Source: Takakia lepidozioides
Taxonomy: Eukaryota; Plantae; Bryophyta
Length of the DNA: 64,000 nt
Direction: 5' to 3'
Assembly (NCBI GenBank): GCA_030704615.1
Contig: CM060732.1
Coordinates: 67,952,001 to 68,016,000 of the forward strand
Part shown: piece by piece, positions 49,721-63,700 of the stretch
How positions within the stretch are numbered: the stretch's first letter is position 1
How the letters are laid out: each line of letters opens with the position of its first letter
Program-made: the position numbers and the translations under genes
Notes under the pieces: model-generated
Seen by the model: the letters and a program-made list of their open reading frames with translations, nothing else
Told to the model about the DNA's origin: nothing
Databases searched by the model: none

Positions 49721-52231
49721 TCTCGTACAGTGAGTCATATATGCCCCCCAGTCGTATATGGCAGGAGAGAAAATCTTTCACTCGAGTGGTCCAATATGCT
49801 AATGTTAGCTCATTTGATAGGTTTCACGAGAGATTGTGCAAGACCTCTGCTATTTCACTTGCAAATTGAAATATTTCACTTTTATTATTGAAGTTGTCTT
49901 CCTATTCACGCGGTCGGTGCTCACGCCTTTTCTTCTCAACTATGCGTAAAGGATAGTAAAGATTGGGTTTCTCAAAGCGAAATCCTCCCCTTTGACGTTT
50001 GTGGCCTTTGGCCACTGCCAACACTATAATTTTTGGGGTCTGTGTTATGCTGCTTAAACCTTGGTTGAATTACAGTTTCTATATGGTATAATTGACTATC
50101 CTCCTTTTTGTTTCGTCGTGTCTTTGTTTTGCATTAGGTGATCATGTGTAATAGGTTAATATGATGTTTTTAATTCATGATATTTGATAGCTTAATATTA
50201 TATTGTTTACTTAAGTATTATTATACATTTGCAAGTGAATCTTTGGAGTATATGTAATGTTTACATATGTACAATAGACGAAAGCTATTCGTGATTCAAT
50301 CCCCTGTCTCCATTAATGGTTTTTTTTCCGTTGTCAAAATATTTAGCTCATATTACTGGGGTTGAAAAAAATACAACTCCCCTGACCGTGGGTTCTGCTC
50401 GCGTGAGTATGCTCTCAAGATAAGTTATCAATCCCCTGTGGCCCCTAGGAACCCCGGGTGCTTGATCGCAGAACTTCTTTTATTGGTTTTCATTTTCCCA
50501 AAACGCCAAATGCCACATACAGATTCTACCCCACGCCCATGTGGTGAGAATAACCAGGTGGCAGGGTTAAAAAAGTGGCTATATAACAAGTGGCACATCC
50601 ATAGAGGCAAAATCAGGCTCCTAATAGACAAAGCCTGCGCGAGAACTACAGTCTACCGATGGAATACCGCCGCGCCCAGACCCCTCTCCCTGCCTGCCAA
50701 AACTTTGGATCAAGGCTTGACAGTTGCAAAAATGTTGAGATTGAAGGTGTCCAAGTTGGGTTTTTTCACACACCCCAGCAAATTTGAAAAACATTTTATC
50801 CACTCACATAGTCCTATTTCAGCGGATTTGCAGTGGATCGATGAAGCTGATTTTATTTTTGTGGTGGAGGCAAGTTTTACTGTGTGAAGTGTTTTGGACC
50901 AAAAACCTCTAGTAGTCATCCCAATCCCAGGAATAGAAGGTAAGGTGGGGCCCACATGTGCCAAAAAGGCTTACCTGAAGCAGACGGTGTGACAACCAGC
51001 TACAAAGTGCTCATCATCACTCCATTCAAAATTTCAGCATGATGAGATTGGTATCTGTGGTTTTGTTTTTTTTGGGTTATTTACTTAGTCCCGTCTGAAT
51101 AGTAGAATCTATTTTCATCAATAATAAGCTTGAAAAATCATCCATTTATTCGTCCATAACATAGATGGTACCTCAGGGAGGTGTATGAGAGGTGAGATTA
51201 GGTGCTTACTAATTTTTGCATTATTTGAAATTATATAATACTTAGTTGACAAATTATCTAGATAGGTACATAAATAAATCTTTTACACAAATACTAACAC
51301 ATTAGTTGATCAAAGAGTCTGATGGCTGTTGGAATTCAACAGCGAATAGAGATTAAAGATGAATTGATTACTGAGAACTCTCCACCCAACCATAGACCCG
51401 CAACATGTAGTATATCCACCCTCCGAGCTCTCCCTATTTATACTCAAAGTGTATTCCGGGAATCGCTTAGATAACTATAGCATGACACCATGCTTAACTT
51501 GAGTTATCTCCAACTGCTATTAGGGTACATTGACTTGAGTCACTAATAACTGAAGCTACTTTAGCTAACTGAGGCTTCTCTCTATTGTTAATACATGACT
51601 GTGACGTTCAACATGCTATATGAAAGTTTGACTTGTCAGATCATAATAATTCTAAGTAGCAGTAACTTGGTAAAGAGTTGATTTCCAAGATCCCCACCTC
51701 AACGAGTTACCTTGGAGGGGGCACTCTCTATATCTTTTATACATCACGTGCGGAAAAGAGGGAATTTGTATGGGGTTATTATTTTTACTTTGGTCTTTAT
51801 CGGCCACCCTATACTTACATAATTTTGGCTGGATTTTTTTGCAGACTATGTTAATTATATCTTACTGCTGCTAGCAAATTTCAGACACTCTATCGTAACA
51901 ATACAGATTTTTACTATTCATTATTTGGTAAAAACAATTCTTCCAAAGCTTGGGCATCAGTAGCATTCAAGCTGTAAACATTCTGAACTTTGTAAAAAAT
52001 AATAGGAATTAACCTAATGATTGAATGTATAATGTCTAATATCCATTTACTATCTTATACATCATACTTGAATTTAAGATGCCTTCTAAATTTACGAACC
52101 AAGTGTCGTCTCATTATCAAGTCCCCAAATCCAAGTCTAGCCCACCTGATAAACCATTACCTAAATGACACGTGTCCCAGGTCTTTATCAGGACCCTATT
52201 GGTATTTGTCAAAAAATAAAAATAAAATCTA

Positions 52232-52605
52232 TGTCGTGCACCTAAGCATCGTGCCACAACATACATCGCTGTCCACCATACATTCTAAGCACACAATCCT
52301 AGAAAGCGATAATGAAAGTGAATACAAGGGAAACACTCCACTCATGAATCCACTCAATCACATAAACTAAGTCAAGCCAAGGGCACCTTTGCTAAGGGAA
52401 TCCACCCTACAAAGCCCTCACCACTCTCCCACTCAATACTTAGAGCTATGGAGGTGGGAGAGGCTCATGGAGGCTCAACTACAAGAAGATGAGCCTCCTC
52501 CACACTCACAAGGGGAAACCCCATCCTCATGTCCCAAGTGAGGTTTTGACACCTCACCTGGCATGTGAGACCAAATGAAGTCCCAACACACAAAATACAA
52601 ATAGA
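52232..52605 (+). mobile_element. Family-2 LTR, 3'-truncated
   Basis: Starts TGTCGTGCACCTAAGCATCGTGCC; reverse complement of about 41145..41525. Confidence 0.82.
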
Positions 52606-55600
52606 AATGCCAAGCATTAGATGGGGCCCTGGAGTTGAATGCGAGGGAGCTGGTTCAGCCAGCGTGGACCCCCCCCCCCCCCTCCCCCCCCCCCGCCCTT
52701 CACCCCCGCCTTCCACCGCCCATCGCCCATACTGCCGCTCGGTAGCCCCCCGTGCCTCTGTGCCCCTGGGGGACATACGCATTTTGTTAGAGGACTGCTT
52801 GGGACTTAGACGCTTTTACAGGATCTGTGGGGTACCCTTATTTTACCACAGACTGAGACCAACAGGAGCCTTAGGGGTGACAGCAACAGGCTTTAGGGGG
52901 GGAGATACACAGCCCAACACAGTCCATCACACCCGACACAGCATCACAGCCCGTCACAGTCCAACAACAGCCAGTCACAGCCAACACAACCCGTCACAGC
53001 TTCACAGTCCAACACAGCCAGTCACAGCCAACACAGCCCGTCACAGCTTTGCACAGCCAACACAGCCCGTCCAAATCCGACATAGCCGACACAGCCGACA
53101 CAGTCCACTCATAAGCCGCCACACAGCTTCGCACAGCTCGATACAGCCCAACACCAGCCAGTCACAGCCTTACACAGCCGCACATCCTTTGCACAACCCT
53201 ACACAATTCCCACATCCCTACACCACACCATCGTCACAATGCAGTCAGCAGCCCGCCATAGCCTGATACAGCCAGTCACAGCTCTTGCACAGCTGGGAAA
53301 CAGTTATCATTGGCAGGGAAGGACGGTGGGGAACGACATCTGAAAAAGGAACGTGACTACATACAGGATGACGGTTAGTTAGGAAAGCGGTTAGAACAGC
53401 TTGTAGGTAGAAAAAGCGAAGAGCGGGGACGTCGAGGGATCACTACTTCTGGGGGGACTTCTGGCATCCACTGGGGGGAAAATGAAGCGGGAGAGCGCAT
53501 CTCTGAGTAGGAAGAGGAGAGCACGAGTAGGTGAGGAGAGAGACGATCTGTTGAAGCTTGACCGAATGCAAGCGGTAGAGTTGTAATGTAGAGCGAGATT
53601 AGGACTCCATGGCTTCAGCCTGATACTTGATAGATATTAATCTGATACATACTTCATACTCACCCTGTGTAGAGAGATCCGAGTGAAGCTGTGGAATGAA
53701 ATGGATGAGTTGATGGAATCCGATAGATTGCTGAAGCAATCTGATACTTAATACCAACAGTAAGGTAACTAGTTAACATGAATACGAGAAGGAATACAAA
53801 TAGGAAACACCCCCATGATACACTAGCTGTAGTCATGACTGATTGTTCTGAGCGGGCAGAGTGCTTAGAGATTTCCAACTCTTCTCTCCTTGGAGTTCCC
53901 ACCTCGGATAGCGAAGGGATGGGTGAGTAAAAGCCGCTCGACATTTGGCGACCATAATTGGGGACTGGGTCATGAACAACCAGATGTGACAGGCATCTGG
54001 TGGGATCATGGTGGATGGAGAATTAAAGAAGTTTGATGTGAATCAAATTCCCTGTGAAACCGAGAAGGAAAGATTGTCCAACGATTCTTTCAGAGGTTTG
54101 TTGGAATTGCCAGACGGTTGTAAAGAAAACATTCTTAAAAGAGTGCATGATGCTGACCCTGAATGGGGGTCGGAGAAAGGAGTGATAAAGATTTATCAGG
54201 TGGCCTGTAGAGGAAGAGCACGTTGGTTACCAACACTGGTTTATGTTATAGCATTGCTATCCATTAAGCGAGTAGAGTTGAAGGCTGGGAGGAAAGGAAG
54301 GTGAATGTTATACTCATTGCATGAAGAGCTAGTACTGGTAAAGATTGGATTCCAAAGGATATTTGTGGATCAAACTCACCCAAGAACAGCTTTCCAGACT
54401 TGTTTGCCATATAGTTATATGGTAACGGAGACTTCTAGCCAAGGGTGCATTGAAGCTTGAAAGAAACCCAGGCATATACGAGAGATATTACAGAAGAGAG
54501 TTTTGGTTATTGCCACATTAAAAAAATGAAAGACATGGGACATGAGTGATGAAAGAGAAGCTAGACTCCAGAGATATTCAGCAAAAAGATAAAGCTATCT
54601 GAAAGCTAATTATCCATATCTTTGGGAGAGAGGAATAGACATAGGGGAATCATCTGGACCTCTCACACCATTAAGATCAAGAGTACATCACCCATACCGG
54701 AAGAACTAGAGTTGGATGCCACTCCTTCTTTTTCTTTGCAAGAAAGATTAAGGGAATTGGTATAGGAAGAAGATCAATCACGAGGTGAAAGATCTGAGGT
54801 ACATCCCTGGATAAAAGATTTGACAGAAATCTTTATAAGAGTTGGCATGGAACACCAAAGCAGGAACTCCAGCTTCTGAAGCGAGGGTGAAGAAGGAGGA
54901 GAGAATGTGGCAGAACCCAACGGAGAGTTCAGACTCTCCAACACCATTGCAGTTGAGTTACATGAGTGAAGAAGAAACCAAGGGCAGAACTTGGAGGATG
55001 AAAATAGAGAGAAGAAATTGGAAGAGGAAGAGTATGAAGAAGTAGACCCAACAGCTGAGGTTGAGACTACAACCAGGACATCCCAATCCGTTGGACCTGG
55101 ATCAAGTGGAGCACTTGGATCACAGGCCAACGAAGGTGTCGGCTCAGGGGGATCAGGCGGGCTGCCTGGATCTGGCTCCTGGGGGACAATGAGTGTGGAA
55201 GTAGTGCAACTGGAGCTGGGAATACTGTGAATATCGTGGGGCCAGTAGCAGGGAGTGCTCATGGGCCACCACTGGGTGGAAGATCCACCACAACTACAAC
55301 AGGTCCTCAAGGACCAACACCAGCAAGGGTGCCAGCACCTGTCAGTGGGCAGAAGGTAGGGCCACAGATGGCGTTACAACCAACACGGGCAAAACCACCT
55401 TTTCCAATATATACAAGAAAAGGGGATCCCGATGTACACATTAGCCAATTTGAGCACATGTGTATAGTGAACAATGAGAATGGCTATGATGCCAAGATGA
55501 GATTGTTTCCTTGTTCCCTTATCAAGAAGGCAAGTGAATGGTATGCAAGATTCCCTGATAATCATTTCCTAACCTGGAATGGCTTGAATACAACATTCCG

Positions 55601-57858
55601 AAATAGGTTCAGGACAAGTAAAACTGAGGATGAAGTGTATGGAAGTTTACAACAGTTAAAGCAAAAGAAGCATGAAACTGTTGAGGAGTACATGGAAAAG
55701 ATGGAATTGATGATGAAAAAGCTGGCTGCTGTACCAGCACCAGGTTTACAAAAGACTTGATTTGTGAGTGGACTAAGACCAGAGTTGCAGAAGAAAGTGG
55801 ATATGTTACCCCATAATACAGTGGAGGAGGCATTTGAAATAACAAACAGAATTGAGCAATTGGGAATGCTCAAGAGAGAGAAAAGGGATGATGAGGACTC
55901 TGAAGATGAGTCAGATGAAGAAGAAGAGCAAGAACTGAAAAGGAAGAGTAAGAGAAAGGAGAGTTGAAGAGGGATAACCATGAGAAAAGATTAGAAGAAA
56001 TCTTGAAAAGTATGCCAAAGAGGCTGCAACACATTGGAGGAAGGGTGTTTGGTGTGCAAGTGCCAGAATGAAGGCCATACCACCACTGAATGCCACATGA
56101 AGGAAAAAATTGTACTATCTGTAAGATGGATAACCCATTCTACTGAGAATTGTTACTACAACAGAAGGACACTGCAAGAGAACCTAGGGCAAGTAAGGGT
56201 GCATCACAGTGCAACCCCGCCAAAAGAAACAATGATCAGGACCACTATGGTAGGCCTGGTGGTTATAACAATGGCATGGAACCAAGAGGTAATTCAAGAG
56301 GGAATTACCAAGGAAATTCCAGAGGCAACTATCAGGGTAATCCAAGGGGGAATTACCAGCCAGGGAATCAGGATTACAGAAATAATCCAAGAGCAGACCA
56401 AGGGCAGGACGCCAATGGTGAAGAACTGTGTTACTATTGTTATCAGCCAGGACATCGCAAGGCAGCATGTTCATTCCGGATTAGACACCAGAATGAGATG
56501 AGAGCTCTTGTGAATGAGGGCCTAGTGGTGGCAGCTCACATGGTTAGGCCATGTGTTGCACCAAGAAGTAAGTACAATGATAGTAACAAGAAGCAAAGCC
56601 AAACTAATACCTCTCCAGTAGTTGAGGAAGATGATGATAATGAAGGTGGCAGTGATATGCCTGAAGATGATGAGGCTTGGAGAGATGAGAAGCAAGTGCA
56701 CAAGGAAGTGACAAATACCATAAGGGAAATGCAAAAGAGTACTGATATTCCTGTGGCAGATTCCTCTGATTCTGATGGAGAAGAAGAAGTGAGTGAGGAT
56801 GAAAGGAAGAAAGAAGTTGCAGACATGCAAAGTAATGAAGGGACTTTGGCTGAAGTAATATGCCAGACCTATGCAGAGATTACCATTGGACAACTATTGG
56901 CTGTGGCACCTTATTGTAGACAAAGGTTGTATCAAGCAATCAATCGAATTGCCCTAAAGACAGGAAACACAGACCTGAACAGCAAGGTGACCAGTTATAA
57001 TGTGAAGCCGGAAGGGCGAGAAACAGTCATGGACTTTGATGATTCTATGCCAGTAATCCAATTGAGAATTGGAAGCACAGAACTAACTGATGTACTGATA
57101 GATGGAGGCTCTGGAGTAAATATCATGACAGACCAATTAAGGAAGAAGCTTGGTCTAAGTAACATGAACCCAGTCCCATTTACAGTAACAATGGCAAATC
57201 AAAGAAGTGTACAGCCATTGGGATTGATAAGATGAGTTAAGATACAGATACAGAAGATGATCTTTATGATCACAGTAACTGTGTTGAAGATGGATGAAGT
57301 CATGGAGGCCTACTCCTTATTATTGGGACGTCCTTGGCTGAAACAGGCCAGGGTATTCCATGACTAGAATTCTCAGTTACTCACTGTGCATAATGGGATG
57401 CACGAGATACAAATTACCACTAAGAAATCTAGTAGATTACCTGCTACGAGAAGACCTCGAGGGGTCAGAGAGTATGACTGGAGGGGAGGACTGGATGAGG
57501 GGCAGGAAGCTACCCTGTTTGCTGCACACCCAGAGTGGGAGCAGGTTGCCAGAGATGCGGCTGGAAAGCCTAATTTGTTTAAGAGGTATCTGCTGTGGTG
57601 TAGTGTCAACAACACCAATTGAAGAGGAAACCAACAGTTACCCACCACATTTCTATGAAGAAAAAGAAGGAGAAATGGAAATCCTAGAGGAACCAGCCAC
57701 TGTGAGTATACAGGATGAAGTGGTGACTGGTTGGACAATCACAGCTGATGAGCAGGTGAGAGAAGTGAATGTGGGAACTAAAGAGGAACCGAGGATGGTG
57801 AAGGTAGGAGCTGATTTGGAGCCAAAATTCAGTACCAATCAAGCAGGCAAGGTACAGA

Positions 57859-60798
57859 ATGAATCCCAACTACGCACAGAAGGTTGGAGAAGAGATCAAG
57901 AAGTTGGTTGTGGCTAAGTTTATATACCCAATAGAGTATACAACTTGGTTGTCACCCATTGTGATAGTTCCCAAGAAGAATGGTAAACTAAGAGTTTGTG
58001 TGAACTATAAGAAGTTGAATGCTTGCACGAAGAAGGATTCATTCCCTTTACCATTCACAGAAGCAGTACTGGACACTGTTGCAGGCCATGAGATGTACTC
58101 ATTCATGGATGGCTTCAGTGGTTATAATCAAGTGCAAGTGGCAGAAGAAGACCAGGGGAAGACAGCTTTCATCACAGATTGGGGTGCTTATGCATACAAA
58201 GTCATGCCTTTTGGACTTTGTAATGCACCAGCAACCTTTCAGAGAAAGATAAGTGAATCTTTTCATGAGTATCTGGATGATTTCATGCAGGTGTTCTTGG
58301 ATGATTTCAGTGTGTACAGCTCTAAGAGTGAGCACTTGCATAAATTGGAGTTATGTTTGGCCAGATGCAGGATGAGAGGTCTGGGCCTGAATCCAGAGAA
58401 ATGTACTTTCTGTGTGAACTCAGGGGTGCTCTTGGGACACATTGTGTGCAAGAAGGGACTTCTTGTGGATCCCAGAAAGACCGAGGCCATTAAAGCCTCT
58501 CCACCCCCAGTAAATGCTAAGAGTTTAAGGAGATTCCTGGGACAAACCAGTTATTACAGAAGATTTGTCAAACGGTATGCACAGATAGCAGCACCATTGA
58601 GCAAGCTTCTGAAGAAAGATGCAGTGTTTGCATGGATAGCTCAACAAGCTTTTGAGGAACTGACATTGTCAATAACAACTACACCTGTACTGATTAATCC
58701 TCACTGGCAGGAAATATTTCATGTTCACTGTGATGCTTCAGGAGAAGCATTGGGAGCAGTGTTAGCCCAAAATATTACAGGAAAGATGGATTCACCAGTG
58801 TACTATGCTAGTCGATTGATGAACAGTGCTGAAAGGAATTATAGCACAACGGAAAGGGAAGCATTGGCAATGATCTATGCAGTGAAGAAATTCAGGCATT
58901 ACCTGTTGGGCAAGAAGTTTATATTTTATGTGGATCACCAGGCTTTGATATACCTGGTGAACAAGCCTCTGGTAAGTGGAAGAATAGCAAGATGGTTGAT
59001 AATCTTGCACGAGTTTGAGTTCGGGGTTGTTTACAAGCCAGGAAGGCTGCATCTTGTGGCAGACCACTTGTCACGCCTATCAATAGGAGAGCCAGCCATA
59101 GGAGTAGACGACCAATTACTAGATGCGAGTTTATTTGCAGTGGAGGTGCAGGGAAGTGCAGATGACTGGTTAGATTGGCAGTGGCCAATCAGATACTACC
59201 TTACTCATGGTCAGTGCCCACCAAGTTATGGAAAGGAGCAGAGGAAGAGAATTGCTATCAAGGCTTTACCTTATACTATGGTAGGAAACATAATGTATAA
59301 GCTAGGACCAGATGGAGTGCTAAAGCGATGCTTGTACCACCATGAAGTAAATAAAGTTTTGGAGGAAGTTCATAAAGGAGTGGCAGGAGGTCATTTTGGA
59401 GAAGAGACTACCAGTAGGAAGATACTACTTTACAAGCCAGGAAGGCTGCATCTTGTGGCAGATCATTTATCACGACTAACAACAGGAGAGGCCGCCACAG
59501 GAGTAGATGATCAGTTACCTGATGCGAGTTTATTTGTAATGGAGGTGCAAAGAAGTGCAGATGAATGGTTAGATTGGCAGTGGCCAATCAGATACTACCT
59601 TACTCATGGTCAATGCCCACCTAGTTATGGTAAGGAGCAGAGGAAGAGAATCGCTATCAAGGCTTTACCTTACTATGGTAGGAGCAGAATGTATAAGCTA
59701 GGACCTGATGGAGTACTTAAACGATGCTTGTACCCACATGAAGTAAATAAAGTTTTGGAGGAAGTTCATAAAGGAGTGGCTGGAGGTCATTTTGGAGAAG
59801 AGACTACCAGTAGGAAGATACTACTCGCAGGTTACTGGTGGCCTACTTTGTTCAAAGATGTACACAAGTATTGTCAGAGTTGTGATGAATGTCAGAGGCT
59901 AGGACCTTTGCAGAGATCTGGAAAGATGGCTTTGCATCCTACAATGCCTACTGAACCATTTCAAAAATGGGGACTAGACTTTGTTGGACCAATTAACCCC
60001 CCAGCCAAGAATACACGGAACAGGTACATAATTACAGCCACTGATTATACTACGAAGTGGGTGGAAGCTAAAGCTTTGAGGGACAACAGAGCCAAGTCCA
60101 CAGCAAGGTTCCTGTATGAGAACATACTTACACGATTTGGCTGTCCCTTAAAATTTATCAGTGATCAGGGAAGTCACTTCATTAATGAGACCATTGAATT
60201 ATTGACTAAAGAGTTCATGATTGTGCATAGGAAAAGTACAACATATTACCCACAGGGTAATGGACAGGCAGAGGCTACCAACAAAATACTATGTACTATC
60301 TTGGCTAAGATAGTCAATGCAAACAGAACGGATTGGGATACAAAGCTGCTGACAGCTTTGTGGTCATACAGGACTTCATATAAAGTCACCACTAAGTATA
60401 CACCATTCCAATTAGTTTATGGTATGGAAGCTTTACTTCCAGTGGAATTCTTGTTACCTACCATGAGAACGGAATGGGGAAAGAGAATGGAATTGCAAGA
60501 TTCAATTAAGGTCAGGAAACATGAATTATACCATGTGGAAGAAGTACGTGCTGATGCAGCTGATAACATGACCAAAATTCAGATGAAGAGAAAAGAACAG
60601 TTTGATGAAGGCAAGTTAAAGACTTTTAAGACGGGAGATTTGGTTCTCTGGTTGCAGAAGAAGGGAAAGATTAAAGCTTATAAGCTTAAATCACCCTGGA
60701 AAGGACCTTATGTCATACAGAAGATGTATGATAACAACACCGCCATGTTACAAACCATTAACAAAGAGATATTGGGAAGAGTCAATGCAATAAGTTGA
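57859..60798 (+). CDS. pol: pol (RT-RNase H-integrase) of element C with an internal 133-codon duplication
   Basis: 979-aa ORF; [43 protein letters not shown]. Confidence 0.93.
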   Translation: MNPNYAQKVGEEIKKLVVAKFIYPIEYTTWLSPIVIVPKKNGKLRVCVNYKKLNACTKKDSFPLPFTEAVLDTVAGHEMYSFMDGFSGYNQVQVAEEDQGKTAFITDWGAYAYKVMPFGLCNAPATFQRKISESFHEYLDDFMQVFLDDFSVYSSKSEHLHKLELCLARCRMRGLGLNPEKCTFCVNSGVLLGHIVCKKGLLVDPRKTEAIKASPPPVNAKSLRRFLGQTSYYRRFVKRYAQIAAPLSKLLKKDAVFAWIAQQAFEELTLSITTTPVLINPHWQEIFHVHCDASGEALGAVLAQNITGKMDSPVYYASRLMNSAERNYSTTEREALAMIYAVKKFRHYLLGKKFIFYVDHQALIYLVNKPLVSGRIARWLIILHEFEFGVVYKPGRLHLVADHLSRLSIGEPAIGVDDQLLDASLFAVEVQGSADDWLDWQWPIRYYLTHGQCPPSYGKEQRKRIAIKALPYTMVGNIMYKLGPDGVLKRCLYHHEVNKVLEEVHKGVAGGHFGEETTSRKILLYKPGRLHLVADHLSRLTTGEAATGVDDQLPDASLFVMEVQRSADEWLDWQWPIRYYLTHGQCPPSYGKEQRKRIAIKALPYYGRSRMYKLGPDGVLKRCLYPHEVNKVLEEVHKGVAGGHFGEETTSRKILLAGYWWPTLFKDVHKYCQSCDECQRLGPLQRSGKMALHPTMPTEPFQKWGLDFVGPINPPAKNTRNRYIITATDYTTKWVEAKALRDNRAKSTARFLYENILTRFGCPLKFISDQGSHFINETIELLTKEFMIVHRKSTTYYPQGNGQAEATNKILCTILAKIVNANRTDWDTKLLTALWSYRTSYKVTTKYTPFQLVYGMEALLPVEFLLPTMRTEWGKRMELQDSIKVRKHELYHVEEVRADAADNMTKIQMKRKEQFDEGKLKTFKTGDLVLWLQKKGKIKAYKLKSPWKGPYVIQKMYDNNTAMLQTINKEILGRVNAIS

Positions 60799-63700
60799 AG
60801 GGGTACAGTGGTATCCATGACAAACCATTGCAACATGATTTGCATGTTGAAACGCAGAAGCAGTCACGGGCTGCGCCAGTGATACCAACGGAGTATGGAG
60901 CACTTGTCGCTAGGATGAGCGTATATGACCAGGGCGGGCAGTATAGGCGCGACACAGCCTATCACAGTCCATCACAGTGTGGCACAGCCTATCACAGTCC
61001 ATCACAGTGTGGCACAGCCTATCACAGCCCAGCACGGCGCGACACAGCCTATCACAGCCCATCACAGTGTCACACAGCCTATCACAATCCATCACAACGT
61101 GTCACAGCCTATCACAGCTTACCACAGTGCCACACAGCCTATCAGAGCGTACCACAGTATGACACAGCCTGTCACAGCTCAACGCAGCCTACCGGGGTTA
61201 CACAGTCCATAGGATCAGTGACAGGTGGATGTGGGTTAACATCCGGAGAATGGCTGGCGAAAAAGTGGACAGAGGCACGTTTAAAAATAAACACGTGGAC
61301 GCCAGGGCGAGACACACAGCCAGACATGGATTGCAAAGGCGAGTGTCATCAAGGAAGAAGACAAAATTGGCCGTCAAAGTACTTACCCGGCACATTAACT
61401 TATTATGGGCCCATTAATGCATACGGGGAAAGGGTAACGGAACCCTTTAAAAGTACCGAAAAGCGAAATCCATGTCACATGTGCTATCCTAGTGGACAGT
61501 CCAGAGTGGAAAATCCATGGAAGGAAATTAAATCTAAAATCCAGTCACAGCAGTTACAGCCAATCATAAGCCAGAAGCAGGATCAAGAAATTGGAGGGAT
61601 TTTAAGCGCAAGAGTCGGCGTCGTTCCAAGTAACGGGCGTCTCGATGGGACAGACCATCGATGCTATAGCTTTGAAGCTATGGAGGAACTAACAGACTAT
61701 ACGCTCACGATACTACTTACGCAGTGGCACGGGGATAGAAGAACAGAGAGTATCTTTTCTCTTAATCGATGCTCGCAAGCCCCGCAGGCTTACAAGAAAT
61801 CACCCATAGAATTTTGTGGCAACCATACGTTTATGTTTTGTGCCCTGCAGGCGTTTCTTCAATTGTTGCAACCAAAACCTGTCTGTTTGTCTAGAATGAA
61901 GAGAGTGAGAGGAATGGAAGAAATCAAGGTGAAGAGCACCACAATCCTGCAGAAACAAACGATTGCTACTCCACAGGCGGTACAGTTACTGAAGGAGCTG
62001 CGATTAGAAGGATTGCAAAGCAAAGATTGGACATTGCACCATAGGCAGTACATGTTACAATTCTTGCAGAACTTTGAGGCTATGACAGGAGCGACAACGG
62101 TGAAGGGAGTTGAATTAGAAGTTACTCCCCTATACCTACAGCAATTGTTTGAATTGCCATCAGGTCAGGTGCATGTGGAGGAGCACAGGGCAAGACTGCA
62201 AATATAAGACTTATTCCAAGAAGGGAGTTTCTTTAAAACTCAGGGTTATGCTTGTACCAAGGCCGTATACCCAGGGCTAAGGGAGGTAGGCCAGATATTG
62301 AACGTTCTGTTTGCCATGAAACAGAACCAACAGTATTTGAGCAGATCCTTCACAGAGGACATACTCAAACCCCTGAGAGGAGAAGATGTCGCTTGGGCAG
62401 ACATAATGTACAACGGATTGGTAGAGGAGATGAAGAGATTACAAGGCACTACCGCAAAGTCTCCTATCATAGTGTCTGGCCCAATCATTGCTCAAATAAT
62501 TCTTGATTCTGGCATACTTGATGCTCGGGAAAGAAAGGAGATGAGAGTGTTTGAGACTGAAACCACTGCAATGGAAGAGCAAGGCTCTTCACACAGTGAG
62601 GGAGGACTGGCAGTGCAACCCCAGTTTAAGAGACAGAGGAGGGGAAAGACTGTAGTGGCGGATCCACTGGCTTCACGGAAACCGCATGATAATGTTTCCC
62701 AAGTTCTTGTGCAGGAAGGGGCACAGCAGCACAGAGAGCTACTATTATTGGAAATAGGGCCTTCAGAGAGGGAACAGGAGGTTACTTCAGTATCACAGTC
62801 ATCACAGCCAGATGATCGGCTTGTCACAGAGTTACCACAAGTTGTCCATGCAGTTCCACCACAAATAATTGATTTGGAGAAAGAAGGGTTAGATATCCCC
62901 ACTACAGAACAGGTGGTGGCAGAAATTGGGAAGGGGGACCTTCTCTATGAAAATTCTGGTTTGGTTAGGGAAACAGTGATTCCGGAGGTGCAGCGGTTGT
63001 CCAGGGGAAACCCTGTTGTTGTTGTAATACCCACACCTCTGACGGAGGTACCACAGGTAGAATGTCAAGACACTGCAGCACCTATAGCGGATGAGGTGGT
63101 TCAGGAAGAAAATCTGGTGGGGCAATGGCCTGAATGGTTCGTGAGGCATCACACTGTTGAGGATCAGGGTAAACAGCAGCAAGCTCACCATGATGACCCT
63201 CAACAGGCTATGCTTATGAGTTCCGTAAGCAGGACACTTATTTTGTTGGGCACTTATGTCAAATCCCATGTTCCAACTACCCAATTGGCAGCTTTGAGGG
63301 AGGAACTCAAGAAGGAGTTTGAGGCTCGACTTGCCACTGAGTGTGCAAACAAGGTCGATGAGGAGGTCACTCTCAAGATACAGCAAGACTTAGAGAGTAC
63401 AAAAGCTGCTTTGCAATTGGCCAATGAACAATTGATTGAGGCAGGCTTCGCGCAAGACCAGTTGCACGAAGCACATAAGCAACAGCTATACCAAATGCAG
63501 GTGAAGCATGAAAGCAAGTTGCAAGAAGTGAATGCACTACATACGGAGTTGCAGACAGTGCATGACAGGATGGCCATACAATGTGCTACACTCACAACTA
63601 CTCTTCAGCAAGCAAAAATGGGAGTTATTAATGAAGGCAGAGGCAGAAAATATCGAGAAGGCAACTCTCATTGTTGATATGAAGAATTCAATCTGTCGCA

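Noticed and set aside
50438-50964. 149-aa and overlapping antisense ORFs
   Set aside because: Non-ATG starts, no recognisable motif and no supported exon structure.
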